Assembly (NCBI RefSeq): GCF_006345805.1
Contig: NC_043025.1
Location: 3,162,001 to 3,226,000, forward strand
Reading direction: 5' to 3'
Origin: Octopus sinensis
Lineage: Eukaryota
DNA length: 64,000 bases
Numbering within the stretch: position 1 is the stretch's first letter; each line of letters starts with the position of its first letter. The notes beneath the pieces are model-generated. The model was not told the DNA's origin and made no database searches. It saw only the letters and a list, made by a program, of their open reading frames with translations. The translations under genes and the position numbers were made by a program. Below, in pieces: positions 35,629 through 47,700 of this stretch.

Positions 35629-37581
35629 CTGTAATAACAGATATGAAAATTATACACTACAACCAAAATATTTATTAGTACGATTACTGCTAACTACAGC
35701 AACAACAACAGAAACAACACTACTGGGGATGTTTACCATGCAATTAAGTTTAATCATTGCTTCCAAATATCCAAAAGCAATAAATGAAACCGTAAAAGAG
35801 TTGCTGAATTGTTGATCGTTAACAACATATGTAAAAATCCGTAAAATTTATTGCCATTTAGCAGTAAAAAATAATCCTTTAAATGCTTTCAGTGTCCAAA
35901 GCTCTCTGATCACAAGTAGATATGGCCATCGGATCATCGTCTATAGCAAAGCCGCATCGCACTGTCACCCGTCGCCAAACTTAAAATAGATCAAATTATC
36001 CTAATAAAGATGTATCAATTCGCTAAAATTTCTTCTTACTGGAGGAATGCGCAAGAGGAATTTTTCATAAAAAATTTACGAAAAATCATGCGTACAAAAC
36101 TCATCAACAAGAGAAACTAATATGTCTTTACCCAAAGATGATAATGAAATAAAATTGTCAGATTGAACTCCTCAGTCGAAGCAAATGAAACAGTAAGTAC
36201 ATAAAATGAACACAAGAGAAACTTCGTTTTATTTTGCAAGTATATTTTATATGAAAATACGATATACTAGTATAAAATTTGGAGAGAAAACAAGCAAGGT
36301 CTTGTTAACTTAATGAGGGACATTCTGAAAACGGAAAAAATCAGAAATGGAGAAGAATATTTAAAGAAAAGAATCCATCACGAAAACGCAACTAATAATC
36401 GCAAACACCTAACAATAAATAAAAGCAATGAAAATGTAGATATTGAAGTTAGGAATAAGATTTGCATTGCCTTAGTTTGAAATTGATACTCGTTTCTTCC
36501 AATCTCGAAAATTTTTAGAAAGAAAATTGGATCTCCCAAACTGAGTGAGGATGTCACGAAGAAATAACCAATGATATTATCGGTAGGCTGGCGTCTTCAA
36601 AAGAGCCAATGGAGTCGGTGATTGCAAATGAATGAATCATTAAATAAACTAACTAAGCTTCAAGAAAACAGAAAGGTCTGAGATCAGAACAGACAATAAA
36701 ACAGACACCAGAATGCAGCCATGCTCTTATTTCACGCTCTATTCTCCTATATTCTCGTAGATCGGTTAATGTGAAGCATTGATCTGTGACATTACCGGTG
36801 TCTTTTATTGTTTCTCTTGTGTTTCTTTCACAAATGTACAACTGTGTATTCAGAGATATGCCTGACAATTTTAATTTGTGTTTTAGCTGCGTTTTAAAGG
36901 TATAGGTTTTACCTTTCTGTGAAACAATGTGACCCCTACCTATTATGTTCTGGAGAGCTTATTGTACTACTTGATGTGAGAGAAGATTTAATCTGTTTCG
37001 AATATTTCATAACTTCGAATATCAAACAACCTCTTTTGCTATGGAAAACTGTCATTTGCTTCTTAACTTATTCAATCCGCTCCCTGTAATGTTTGTGAGC
37101 TAGTAGGGCCAGGATCGACTTCCAGTTACCCCTCTAAGGTTAGTGACCCGAGGTCATTCGACAAGGAATCTTGATCCCAAGTTGACTTCTGGCCACATAC
37201 ATTCATGCATCCTACTCTAAGGACAGCCATGTTTATCGGAGAAAGGTCGTTCTAAGTTCGTGCGTTCGTTTCTTGAATAGGGATTCCTGGACAGGGTAGA
37301 ACGTTGTGTCCTTGAACAAGGCACTTCAATCCACTTTGTCCCAGTCTAATCAAGTGAAATGTGTCCCAACCTAGTGATGTTCATCTATTTCTCTCTTCAA
37401 TCGTCACATCCTTGTTGTCCCATTGAGTCATGAATAAGAAGACCGATAGGGTGTGTATGTCTACGCAGGCACATAAAAAAACTAGTGAATGTATAGTACA
37501 GTCTGCATGGTCTTAATGGCTTTCGAGTGACGGTGGTGGATATATTTTAACGAAAAGGAAGAAAGTAATATTCCAGTTTAC

Positions 37582-37673
37582 CTCTGCTCCTGGACAGCTT
37601 GTCACTTCTAAATCAGTACATTTCATTCCTGAACATGTTTGACACTGTAAATTCCGTTGAAATAACGAGTAAT
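37582..37673 (-). CDS. Adhesion-GPCR-like gene exon E3 (first Ly6/uPAR-like exon)
   Basis: gtattctgtag | (N)YSLFQRNLQCQTCSGMKCTDLEVTSCPGAE | gtaaac. 92 bp, phase 1 to 0. Confidence 0.87.
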
Positions 37674-38439
37674 CTACAGAATACAAGTAAATATCTGTAT
37701 TTATGAACCAAATAATGCAATGCACAGCAATAACAAGAAATATTTTCTTTCTGATGTAAAAAAAAAATGTGTACGTGTTAGTATTGAAATCAATACATGT
37801 TAGACATATAAAGCAAATTATTAACAAAGACTATAAACCTATTTTTATGTTCATTTGGAAATGTTTCAATAATGTCACAAATTCAACTGAGAGAAGCATG
37901 AAAGCCACTTGTTCTCCTTTTAGTATTCTGATGTAACAAATATGTGAAAATCGTTGAATAAATCAAATAAAGGGATGAAATTCTAAAGTTGCAAGCATTG
38001 TTGCAATGGGAACTCCTAATAAACCTGAGAATCTCATTTAAGTTATGTTGCAATGTCATATAGAATGTGAAGAAGGCCATAATATGTGAAGTGAGCAAAA
38101 CAATATTTGTATAAACAATAAAAAATATGATCACTAATATGGTGCTTCTTCCAATATATATACGTTTATGTGTGTATGTATGTATGTATGTATGTATGTA
38201 TGTATGTTTGTATGTATGTATGTATGTAAAGGTTGTAGTTGCCAATCCTGTAAAAGACATTATAGATATTTAGCTGGGCTAAAAAGTCACATTCGATCAC
38301 AGCACCAGTAACAGTTAAGCTTCGTGCAATGGCCATACTCGGTAACGAGGGGGCAGCCATAATAATGCATGTACGTATTATGTATGTATATATGTCATTA
38401 TTCACTGTTATTTCAAGATTTCTTGGCAATACTGAAAGA

Positions 38440-38870
38440 GAGAGTTTCTATCCTACATCTACGGCTCCTTCATTGGAATTTCAACAACATCAATGTTACC
38501 ATCATTTCGGAACTTTCTACCAACATATCCATGCATAATCTTATGTTCATAGATACTCATCCGTTCATCTAATGATACGTTGCGGTAGAATCGTGAGACT
38601 TCTTTGAGCACGTAGTCTATGTTATCAGATAAGGAATGTTGCTCAAAGAGCTGCCTTCCAAGTCATATGAATTATGCAAACTTGGTCAAGGGATGCACTT
38701 CGACATTTGTGGTTATGTTACCGAAAGGATATGATACGACATTCAAAGGCATTTGGCATCGATGTTAAGCCCCTGCCGCCTTGTTTTCGTTTTAGGGAGA
38801 GGGGGTCTACATCACCGTTTATGTGGATATTATGTGTACTTGTCAGTGTTTTCCGGGTTTTCACATAAAC
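38440..38870 (-). mobile_element. R4/Dong-type LINE fragment
   Basis: NIHINGDVDPLSLKRKQGGRGLTSMPNAFECRIISFR, the conserved D..RLY..R..GGRGL motif. Confidence 0.75.
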
Positions 38871-39289
38871 AGTTCGGATCTCATCAAGTGTCCAATAAAA
38901 CAGCCCAAATGTTAGTATGAGTAGTTGCATAGCAAACACGCCGTGGGCCAATGTTTTGTTGAATGCATAGATTTCTAAGGTCAAAATTTTATTAATTAGC
39001 TGTAATGTTCTTTGATTATACTTTAATGACACCTGTAACCTAATGGCACCTGTAACATAATGGCACCTGTAAAAAATACACTTTTTGGTCGTTACCCAAT
39101 ATTCATGACCACAGATAAGGATGGGCACGAAAACCAAACTGAAGACAGTGTGTTTGGTTTTGTTACCACGTTTTACTCTTCTGCTGATCGAATGCTGGAG
39201 CATTTTTAGTATCTCGGGAGGGTCATTATACCAATGATAAACACACGTACTGGTTCTATGTCACTTTAATATTCGTCACTTTTCTCTCT

Positions 39290-39870
39290 TTCTCTTTTCT
39301 CTCTTTTACTTGTTTCAGTCATTTGACTGCAGGCATGCTGGAGCACCGCCTTTAGTCGACAAGATCGACCCCAGGATTTATTCTTTGTAAGCCCAGTACT
39401 TATTCTATCGGTCTCTTTTGCCGCACCGCTAAGTGACGGAGACATAAACACACCAGCATCGGTTGTCAAGCAATGCTAGGGGGACAAACACAGACACACA
39501 AACAAATATACACACATACAATATATATATATATAATTATATATACATATACGACAGGCTCTTTCATTTCCGTCTACCAAATCCACTCACAAGGTATGGT
39601 GGCCCGGGCTATAGCATAAGACATTGCCCAAGATGCCACCAGTGGGACTGACCCGGCATGTTGTTTGTAGACAAGCTACTTACCCACAGGCCACTCCAGC
39701 ACCTCTATACATATATATACGACGGGCTTCTTTCAGTTTCCGTCTACCAATCGACTCACAAGTATTGGTCGCCCGGGGCTATAGCAGAAGACACTTGCCC
39801 AAGATGCCACGCAGTGGGACTGAACCCGGAACCATGTTGTTGTAAGCAAGCTACTTACCACACAGCCACT
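39290..39870 (-). mobile_element. Cluster of three octopus-type SINEs (39290-39510, 39550-39700, 39720-39870)
   Basis: tcttttacttgtttcagtcatttgactgc...; tttcagtttccgtctaccaa...gggactgaacccggaaccatg...gctacttaccacacagcc. Confidence 0.85.
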
Positions 39871-40345
39871 CCTACGCCTTTGTTAACAATTTGTTAACGA
39901 ATTAACTAAATGAATGTGTGATTAACCGTTTGGTTAACCTATCAACCAGTTATGGTTGGTAGAAACTTTTTGTCATTCGTTACCGCTTCAATAACATTTT
40001 TTTTGTAGTTATGAGTGAGAATGTATGTTTGAAGAGTATGTCTGTGTGCATATGTGTGTATATGTGAGCGTATTTTCATGTGTGCACTGTTGTGAATGTT
40101 TGTGTATGTGTATATGCGCGCGCGCCCGTGTGTGCCGTTGATGGTTTGTGTGAGACAGTTGAATCTTTAAGCTCTTTAGAGCGAAGATGTGAATGAAAAG
40201 CGTGCGAATGGTAAAACGTTTATTCCTCATATCTTTATCTATAGTTTCCCTTTCATAAGACATGATATTGTAAGCTCCAGAGAATAACCCGGATTTTTGT
40301 TCGTTTCAATAATAAAAGAAAAGAAGAAACGAGAATTTTACTTAC

Positions 40346-40500
40346 TTTGACATTGCAAATAATCCAGTATAGATATTCGTTTCCCCGAGCCTTCATGACA
40401 CGTGCCAGAGACAGCCACAGTTCTGTTATAGACTTTTTTAATATAATTTACGAAGGCTGGCAAGTGACATCCACACCTCAGGTTATTGTCTGGGAGGTAA
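40346..40500 (-). CDS. Adhesion-GPCR-like gene exon E2 (last LRR plus LRR C-terminal cap)
   Basis: ctttattattacag | (I)YLPDNNLRCGCHLPAFVNYIKKVYNRTVAVSGTCHEGSGKRISILDYLQCQ | gtaagt. 155 bp, phase 2 to 1, N.L.C.C.L...C...C pattern. Confidence 0.92.
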
Positions 40501-41179
40501 CTGTAATAATAAAGAGAACTCTGAATACCTTTCAGATCAACAGAGAAATTCCTATGTGATTTGACAAGAAACAAAGATTATAAAATTTGAGCAGGTTTAT
40601 AAACGTCATGACATTCATTTTACTAAGTGTTGTTAATAACATCAATAATGCGAAATGGTTTCTAGTAGAAAGTGGAAGCATTAAGGTTCTATTCACTTTT
40701 AGCTTACATATTGAATAATAAATTACCTTTAAATAAGATTACTAGCGACTTGAAACGATTTTATTTTATCGTAGTTTAGGGAGATTTTAGTGTCGGGAAT
40801 TTGGTGGTAGGGATCTTGCGCCGCTCTATCTGAGAAAACTCATTTAGACGGGCGGTTTTGGCGCTAAGAAGGTCGTGTTTATTCTATGTAGCAACTGGTT
40901 TTAAAACTAGAGACGTACCAGCGCAGAAACTGAGAGATTACAGTGTTGTACAATTATTGCTTGAGCGCACAGACATGTATATTAATAACTTAATTAAGAA
41001 GGGGGAAATTAATATTCAATTTTGATATATCAGTTTGAATTTTCAGTGTTTTTCAAAAAAGAGCAACAGCAAGAACACAGCAACACCACATCAACAAAAA
41101 TACAACAACAACAACAACAACAACAATAATGATGATAATAATAAATAATAATCATAATAATAATATAATGAGATTAATC

Positions 41180-41214
<35 letters not shown>

Positions 41215-41215
<1 letters not shown>

Positions 41216-41740
41216 GCCCTATGCAGTACAAGGCATTGGCTTCCCGGCTTCTTGTCTTAACTGATTGGAATTGGGTAGCATGTACATTTTTTGTCTTGGT
41301 ATAAAAGATGGGCTCTACAGCAAATATCTTCTCCAATACCACAGATTTGCTTGTTTAGTTGTTTGACCTTACCAGATGGGAATGTCTCTGATCACGAGCA
41401 GAAATAGTGGGGAAGCATCATAGCCATGTGTTGAGTGGAATTCCTTAAGATTTTAATAATTCACCTTTGGAAATACGTGTGTTTTGTTCATCATCCTTAA
41501 ACAAACCTAATTCGGGGACAGTTTGAAATGATGGGCTACTGAGCCTGAAGAAAATTCTAACTGGGCTCCACCTGCAAGATCATGCACTGTTTATCTTGAT
41601 ATAAGATTACCATGTTGCGCACATGTGGTCGTGATGCATATACCTGGTATACCCTTATCAGACAGGGAGTCATGATGGGTATATTGGGCTTCCTATATTT
41701 TACCCTAGTGTCATTTTGGTGGCATGCGCTGCTCTTTCAC
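41215..41740. mobile_element. Interspersed repeat (probable LINE UTR) inserted in (AAT)n
   Basis: A complex, more GC-rich segment bounded by (AAT)n on both sides. Recognised from recall as a common octopus repeat. Confidence 0.5.
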
Positions 41741-41957
41741 CCAATAATAAAAATAATAATAATAATAATTCTTTCTAGCGGAAGCACAAGTCCTCAAATT
41801 TGGGGGAAGGGACTAAGTCGATTTGATCGACCCCGGTGCGTAACTGGTACTTATTTAATCGACGCTGAAAGGATGAAAGACAAAGTCGACCTCGGTGGCA
41901 TTTGAACTCATAACGTGAACACAGACGAAATACCAATAAGCATTTCACCCGGTGTGC

Positions 41958-42007
<50 letters not shown>

Positions 42008-42144
42008 AATAATGATATATGAATAATGGTGATGATGTGATGATGATGATGATGATGATGATGATGGTGATTATGATAATGAATGATAATATAATATAAT
42101 AATAATAATAATAATATATAATAAAATAATAATAATAATAAATA

Positions 42145-42179
<35 letters not shown>

Positions 42180-42182
<3 letters not shown>

Positions 42183-43735
42183 GAACTAGACCCAGCGGAG
42201 AGCTACAAGTACCTAGGAGTAATTGAAGTGAAAGGAATAAGGCATTCAGAGATGAAGGAAAGGATCAGGAGAGAATGTTATCGAAGAGTGAGAGCAATAC
42301 TCAAGACAGAGCTGAATGCAAGAAACAGGATCGAAGCGATCAATGCATTAGCCATACCAGTCGTGACTTACAGTTTCAATATCGTTAACTGGTCAATTAC
42401 TGAAATATGTCAGCTCGACAGAAAAATACGAAAACTGTTGGCAATGCATAGAATTCACCACCCTAAGGCAGATATAGAACGACTTTATATACCAAGAAAA
42501 GAGGGAGGCCGTGGGCTTTTGCAACTGGCAATAACAATGAAGATTGCTACAATTGGCTTAGACACCTACCTGAAAAAGTCTGAGGACTGGATGTTAAAAC
42601 TTGTCTCAAAACACGAAAACAAGAAAGCATCATACTCAGTAACAAAACAGGCAAAGGAATATCTAAGTGAATTCCGAATACAACAAATTTCGGAATTAGA
42701 GATAGACATACAAGAAACAAGCACAGAAAAAGCTAGGCGCATGAAAACCGTGCAAAAACTGCGGCCTTAGATATTCTGAATAATAAATGGCAAGAAAAAA
42801 ACTCTCTAAGGCAAATACCCAAAGAAGCGAATAATACAGATATTGACAAAGCCCTGACCCATCAATGCTAATGGCCTCTGGCTTAAAATCTGAAACAGAA
42901 GGGTTTCTCATAGCAGCTCAAGATCAATGCCTACCAACAAGAAACTACCAGGCCAACATATTAAAGAACGGCAGTAGCCCAACATGTCATGTATGCCGAC
43001 ACACAAAATGAAACCATTGATCATGTTGCCTCCAAATGCAGTCTTCTTGCGCATACAGAGTATCTCAACAGGCATGATAGAGCTGCACATATATTCACTG
43101 GGTAATTTGCAAAAACCTGGATTTGCCCCATGAAAAAAAACTTGTGGAACACAATCCACCTCCAGTGCTTGGAAATGACCACATCTCACTCCTCTGGAGC
43201 TTCACCATTCAACTGACAGAAAGATAATGCAAATAGGCCAGACTCATATTGAAAGACTTCAGACAAAGAACATGTCCGCCTCATTGATATGACTGTCCCA
43301 ATCGATATAAACGTATCTGTCAAGACCTACCAAAAACTGAACAAATATAAAGATCTTGAAATAGAAACCAGCAAAATGTGGAAGCTGAGACTAAAACAAT
43401 ACCTGTTGTCATAGTGCCCTTGGAATGATAGCGAAAGGGGCTGATTGCTACCTAACTCAGATACCAGGAAACCCCAAAATGGCAGAAATTCAAAGATAGT
43501 GCTCATGGAACTGCTCATATCCTACGCAAATACTCTCTATGTAATCCCAAGGTTTAAAAACAAACTTTTTTTAAAATTTATTTATTAGACATTCACTAGT
43601 ACCACACCAAAAAACCCCAAATATAATGGCACACTAGACATAACAACAACGTAAACTTCCAACCTTTGTCTCTTGAGGTCTCTGGGTGAGACTTGGAGCC
43701 AACTTGTACAGACATAAGCAAAAGTCAAACATAGA
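42180..43735 (+). mobile_element. 5'-truncated R4/Dong-clade LINE (RT C-terminus, CCHC knuckle, restriction-like endonuclease) in (AAT)n
   Basis: YKYLGV, RNRIEAINALAIPVVTYSF, HHPKADIERLYIPRKEGGRGL, ETEGFLIAAQDQ, C..C...ETIDH..S.C, NRPD..L..F, IDMTVP, GTAHILRK. (AAT)n on both flanks; many 1-bp frameshifts. Confidence 0.92.
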
Positions 43736-45529
43736 ATAATAATAATAATAATATGATAATAATAATATACAATAATAATAATATAATAATATAATAATAA
43801 TAAAAATAATAATAATGATAATAAAAATAATAATATATAATGAATAAATAAATAATAATAATAATAATATAATATAATAATAATAATAATAATAATAAAA
43901 TATAATAATCTTTTGTTGATTTTATAAGTTATGTGATAGAAGATAACTTTTTCATTTTCATTTCAATTCATTTTAATATGTCTGTATGTCTTTGGGTCTG
44001 TGTCATTCGCTGTGTATTGGCCAAAACCAAATAATCCATTGATAAGGAGGTCATCAGGTAATCGCTAAAGCCAAAAACCTCTCAGTTCAAGTGTCTTATG
44101 CCTGAGTAGAAATTAGAGGGAAAATGAATAAAAGAAGGTTTAACCTTCTCATTTGACCCTTCAAATACAATCATAGACATCTTCATACACATTCAAGAAT
44201 GAATATGGTAGTAGAAAGTAAAGTTAGAGTTACAGAGAGAGAGAGGTGAGGGTATGAATGTAAGCCTTTCCCACCACTCTGTACTACATACTGCAGTAGA
44301 TTTATTAGAGAGGAGAATGAGAAATGATAATTAAAAATAACAGATACCAAATAAATCAGGTAGGATGGTGATAGAGAATCATAAGATGATATTCTAGATA
44401 TAGTTTTGAATCATAAACAAATATGATATAATAAAATGTATTGGGCAAACAGATTACTACAGCTGTCATAGGAGAAAGAGATGATATAAAATATATAAAT
44501 GGCATACTAATTTAGAAGATGACTAGATATAGATGATATCTAGATATAGATGATATTTGGACAGAATGACATACTATGATAGATTTAGATGATATTTTTT
44601 GAAAAGATACATACAAAATATGGATAAATCTACTAAATGTAGCTAACCTGCAATATATAGCTTACCAGCTACAAGATATTAGTGACATACGAGCAAAGGG
44701 TATTGTCATATAAGTGTTGTGGCAAAGTTGCTAGGTATTGCGAATTCGAAATATTGCTGAGTAAAATACCAGTTATATTTGACATGAGAGATTTAGCTGG
44801 ATAAGCATTCTAAATATAACTGGAAATTATAGCATATATATCTGAAATTGTAGGCATGGAATGTTTTTTTCCCTTGGCACTTCCTTTATTGAATATGATT
44901 TCAGAAGAGAATATTCTGAACCTTTTAGGAATTTTGCTACATCGTAATGCAATTCTATAATGTTCTGATAAATACAATTTTGAAATAGATCTGCTTGTAT
45001 ACCTCCCAACCTCTAATACTGCGCAAACGTTATTAGTTTTACTACTATTTATCTCCCTTAAAAGGTTCTCCATTCCAAGCAGTGTGGTTAAGCTTTAATA
45101 GGGATAGGATTGTGTTAAATTTCCCTCTCTTTCTTTCTGTACTTCTCTCTCTACGCACACACATGTATGTATACATGTGTGTGTGTGTTGTGTGTGTGTG
45201 TGTGTGTGTGTTTATGTATGCACATACGCATACACACACAGGAATCTTTATATATGTATGCATGAAGGTTGGTATGTAGGCCACTCTCTCGACTCCAGTT
45301 AATTATGTGTATTTATAAACATGGAGGAAACTAGATCAAACCAACCTTCTGATATTTGAACATAAACTTTTAGATAATAAAACACAATGCTCGGAAATCA
45401 TGTTGATGCGCTGAAATTTAAATCAACTCATTGTTGTTTATTACCAACATTTGACGAGGAATTGAGAATTTGATGACTTCATTTTATTATTTTCATTTTC
45501 CTATAAACAAAAAGAACTTGTTTGCTTAC

Positions 45530-45601
45530 ATTTCAACTATGCTGGGAAGGAATAAGAAAGCGCCATCTTCATAATGTTCTATTGGGTTGTCTTGCAAATA
45601 T
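45530..45601 (-). CDS. Adhesion-GPCR-like gene exon E1 in window (72-bp LRR exon)
   Basis: gtctctttttcag | YLQDNPIEHYEDGAFLFLPSIVE(I) | gtaagc. The canonical 72-bp phase-2 LRR exon, joining E2 in frame. Confidence 0.92.
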
Positions 45602-45929
45602 CTGAAAAAGAGACAAATATTACACACTTTAAAATAAGTAAAAGTAAATAAATCTGTTTACTCCTGTTCAGTACTAAACTGCGTTTTAGTCAACACTAAC
45701 AGGGTAAATGCTGATATTACACACTACAATTCTCTTTATAGTTATCCGGGAAGTGTTGTTTGAACAAGAATAGGTTCCTTCAATCTAACTTAATTGTCCT
45801 AAGAGAAAACCTGATAACAAAACAGCAAAAGATGGAAGAGGAGAAAATACAAAAATAACAAGGAGACTTTCTTATGTGCACAAAATGGGTTTTAGTTAAC
45901 ATTCTCATCTATGGTAGAAATATCATTCT

Positions 45930-46125
45930 CCATATAGGCATGGTTCTGTGGCAAGAAAATTACTTCTCACATCCATGGACTCTTTAGTCCAACTGTGTGG
46001 CACCTTGGACAAATAACATTTACTATAACCTTGGGTCACAAAGCGTTGTGAGTAGTTTGGCTGCAGGAGACTGTGTGGATTCCCCTTCGTATATATATGT
46101 ATACATATATATATATGTATATATA

Positions 46126-46180
<55 letters not shown>

Positions 46181-46410
46181 TATATATATATATATATGCT
46201 GTTCTTGTCTTTGTGTTTATCCCCACCAACGCTTGATAACCAATATTGGTTTGTTTACGTCCCCCGTAACTTAGTGGTTCTGCAAAAGGTAACCGGTTGA
46301 TTAAGTACCAGATTTTAAAAATTCAGTACTAAGGATGATTTGTTCGCCGAAATGCTTAAAGGTACTGCCCCAGAATGGCTGTAATCTGTTAACTGAAACA
46401 AGGAATAGTA
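45930..46410 (+). mobile_element. Two SINE remnants separated by (TA)n
   Basis: aggcatggttctgtggcaagaa...gcaccttggacaaa...gactgtgtgga; tttgtgtttatcccc..gcttgataacc..ggtttgtttacgtccccgtaacttagtggttc. Confidence 0.7.
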
Positions 46411-47039
46411 AAAGTATATACTCCAGTAGCAGTGTAATGATAAAAAGAGGTCTTCAAAACAATAAAATATTAATTATTGCAATAACATTGACCATCTTCA
46501 GACCAGTGCATAACTTTCAGAATCCTATTCAAAGTACATAAAACAATGCTCACCTTTTGGTAGAAGATATATACTGGGTACCTATAAATTGACTTTACTA
46601 TTTGAACAATTCAGAAGAAAATGAAAAACAAGGATAGCTCATCAAACTTTATTGGAAATCATTGGCAAACAAATATCAGAAGCATTAGAACACTTCGACG
46701 TGGATTCAGTTGTTACATACCAATTTTAAGTCGCTAAAAGCCACATTGCTTTTTTCTTGGTTGATTCTTTTTAACGGGATTTTCACTAAAAGAGTCTTCC
46801 CCATGAAGACATTCTTTTAAATCTGGTTAACCTACATATTTTCTTTGAAAATAACTGAGATATTTTGATTCAAAGTCACTTTTTCGCCTTACGCTGCCAT
46901 TTTTGACCTCAAAAATTTTGACATAACTGTTTCAAAGAACCAATTTCCAATTATTTCAGCTCCAAATGTAGCTTACAACTCGATCATCATTGCCAAAACC
47001 ATGCAATTAATTAGGTTGAGAACTGAATTACTAATTAAA

Positions 47040-47700
47040 TCATGTAATAGAAGTGGAAGAGCTGCACTCTGTTGTTCACAGTCTGTAAGTGAAGTTCAGT
47101 AACAAGGACGGGGAGTTCATTGTTGGGGTGCCGGGTGGGATAATCTATAGTCACCTTGACTATGGAGTTGGCTACTTGCTGGATGCTCTCCATTATGTTC
47201 CTCTCAGTTTCCACATTACCGTTACTTGAGCTGGTTTTAACTGTGATATTAATGCCATCTACATACCTACTGTAAAGTAGAAGAGTTGTGGATTGTTTTG
47301 CCAAGGATTGCTTAGGTTTTCTGTCCCGCCAGGTCAGGAAGAGGCCAGCAATATCTCCAGATACACCGACACAAATGGCTGCACCTTGAACCTGCATGTA
47401 TAGCTTCTAGTTAAACTTTACTCTGTGGTTCTTCAAGGTGATCCTTACGCTAGCTCCTACTGCGTGTGCAATCATTCCTCTCTCTTAATTGTTGTTCTCA
47501 GGGAGTTGAGTGGGTAGGGTCCAGCCACACCAGCGCTCACGGTGCTTTTCTTCACTGCTGAAGTGATGGTGGGTGGTCTAAGCATCTGTGATCTGGCGGG
47601 GCAGAATATACTGAGGTCAGGGTTGTCTAAATAGTCACCGTCGTAGCTTAGTCTAAGAACAAGACCCGCATCACTTATGTTGACATCACAGAACGACACT
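47040..47700 (-). mobile_element. Degraded Penelope-like RT fragment (a different family from 1109-3230)
   Basis: LLLYSRYVDGINI..MESIQQVANSI..VTIDYPTRHPNNELPVL, resembling PLE RT domains 5-7 (YVDD-like). Confidence 0.65.

Noticed and set aside
36653-36868. ORF with LYICER resembling a lectin end
   Set aside because: Its phase is incompatible with the E3 (phase 0) to E4 (phase 0) junction and no domain pattern is sustained.
41215-41740. Possible HDV-like ribozyme in a LINE 5' UTR
   Set aside because: I could not build the nested double pseudoknot by eye. It needs a descriptor search.
44030-44105. Minus-strand CTGATGA, and an LRR-like reading HKTLELRGFWL*RLPDDLL behind a good acceptor
   Set aside because: There is no GAAA box. 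All three frames stop within a few codons of the acceptor, and E1 already joins E2 in frame.
44810-45073. ORF containing SKLYLSEH, LRR-like
   Set aside because: No suitable splice sites delimit a 72-bp phase-2 exon.
4052-46300. ORFs rich in YI, HT, CV, poly-Y or poly-T
   Set aside because: They are read-throughs of (TA)n, (CA)n, (TAT)n and (TAG)n microsatellites.
46440-46510. Minus-strand CTGAAGA-t-ggtc...gacc
   Set aside because: Stem II is present but GAAA and NUH are absent, so it cannot be called a ribozyme.
46554-47022. Possible upstream exons (28-44 bp ending at a gtgagc donor near 46554; 46 bp ending at a gtaagc donor near 46977)
   Set aside because: Neither has the 72-bp LRR length or pattern. 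The second overlaps what looks like a DNA-transposon end.
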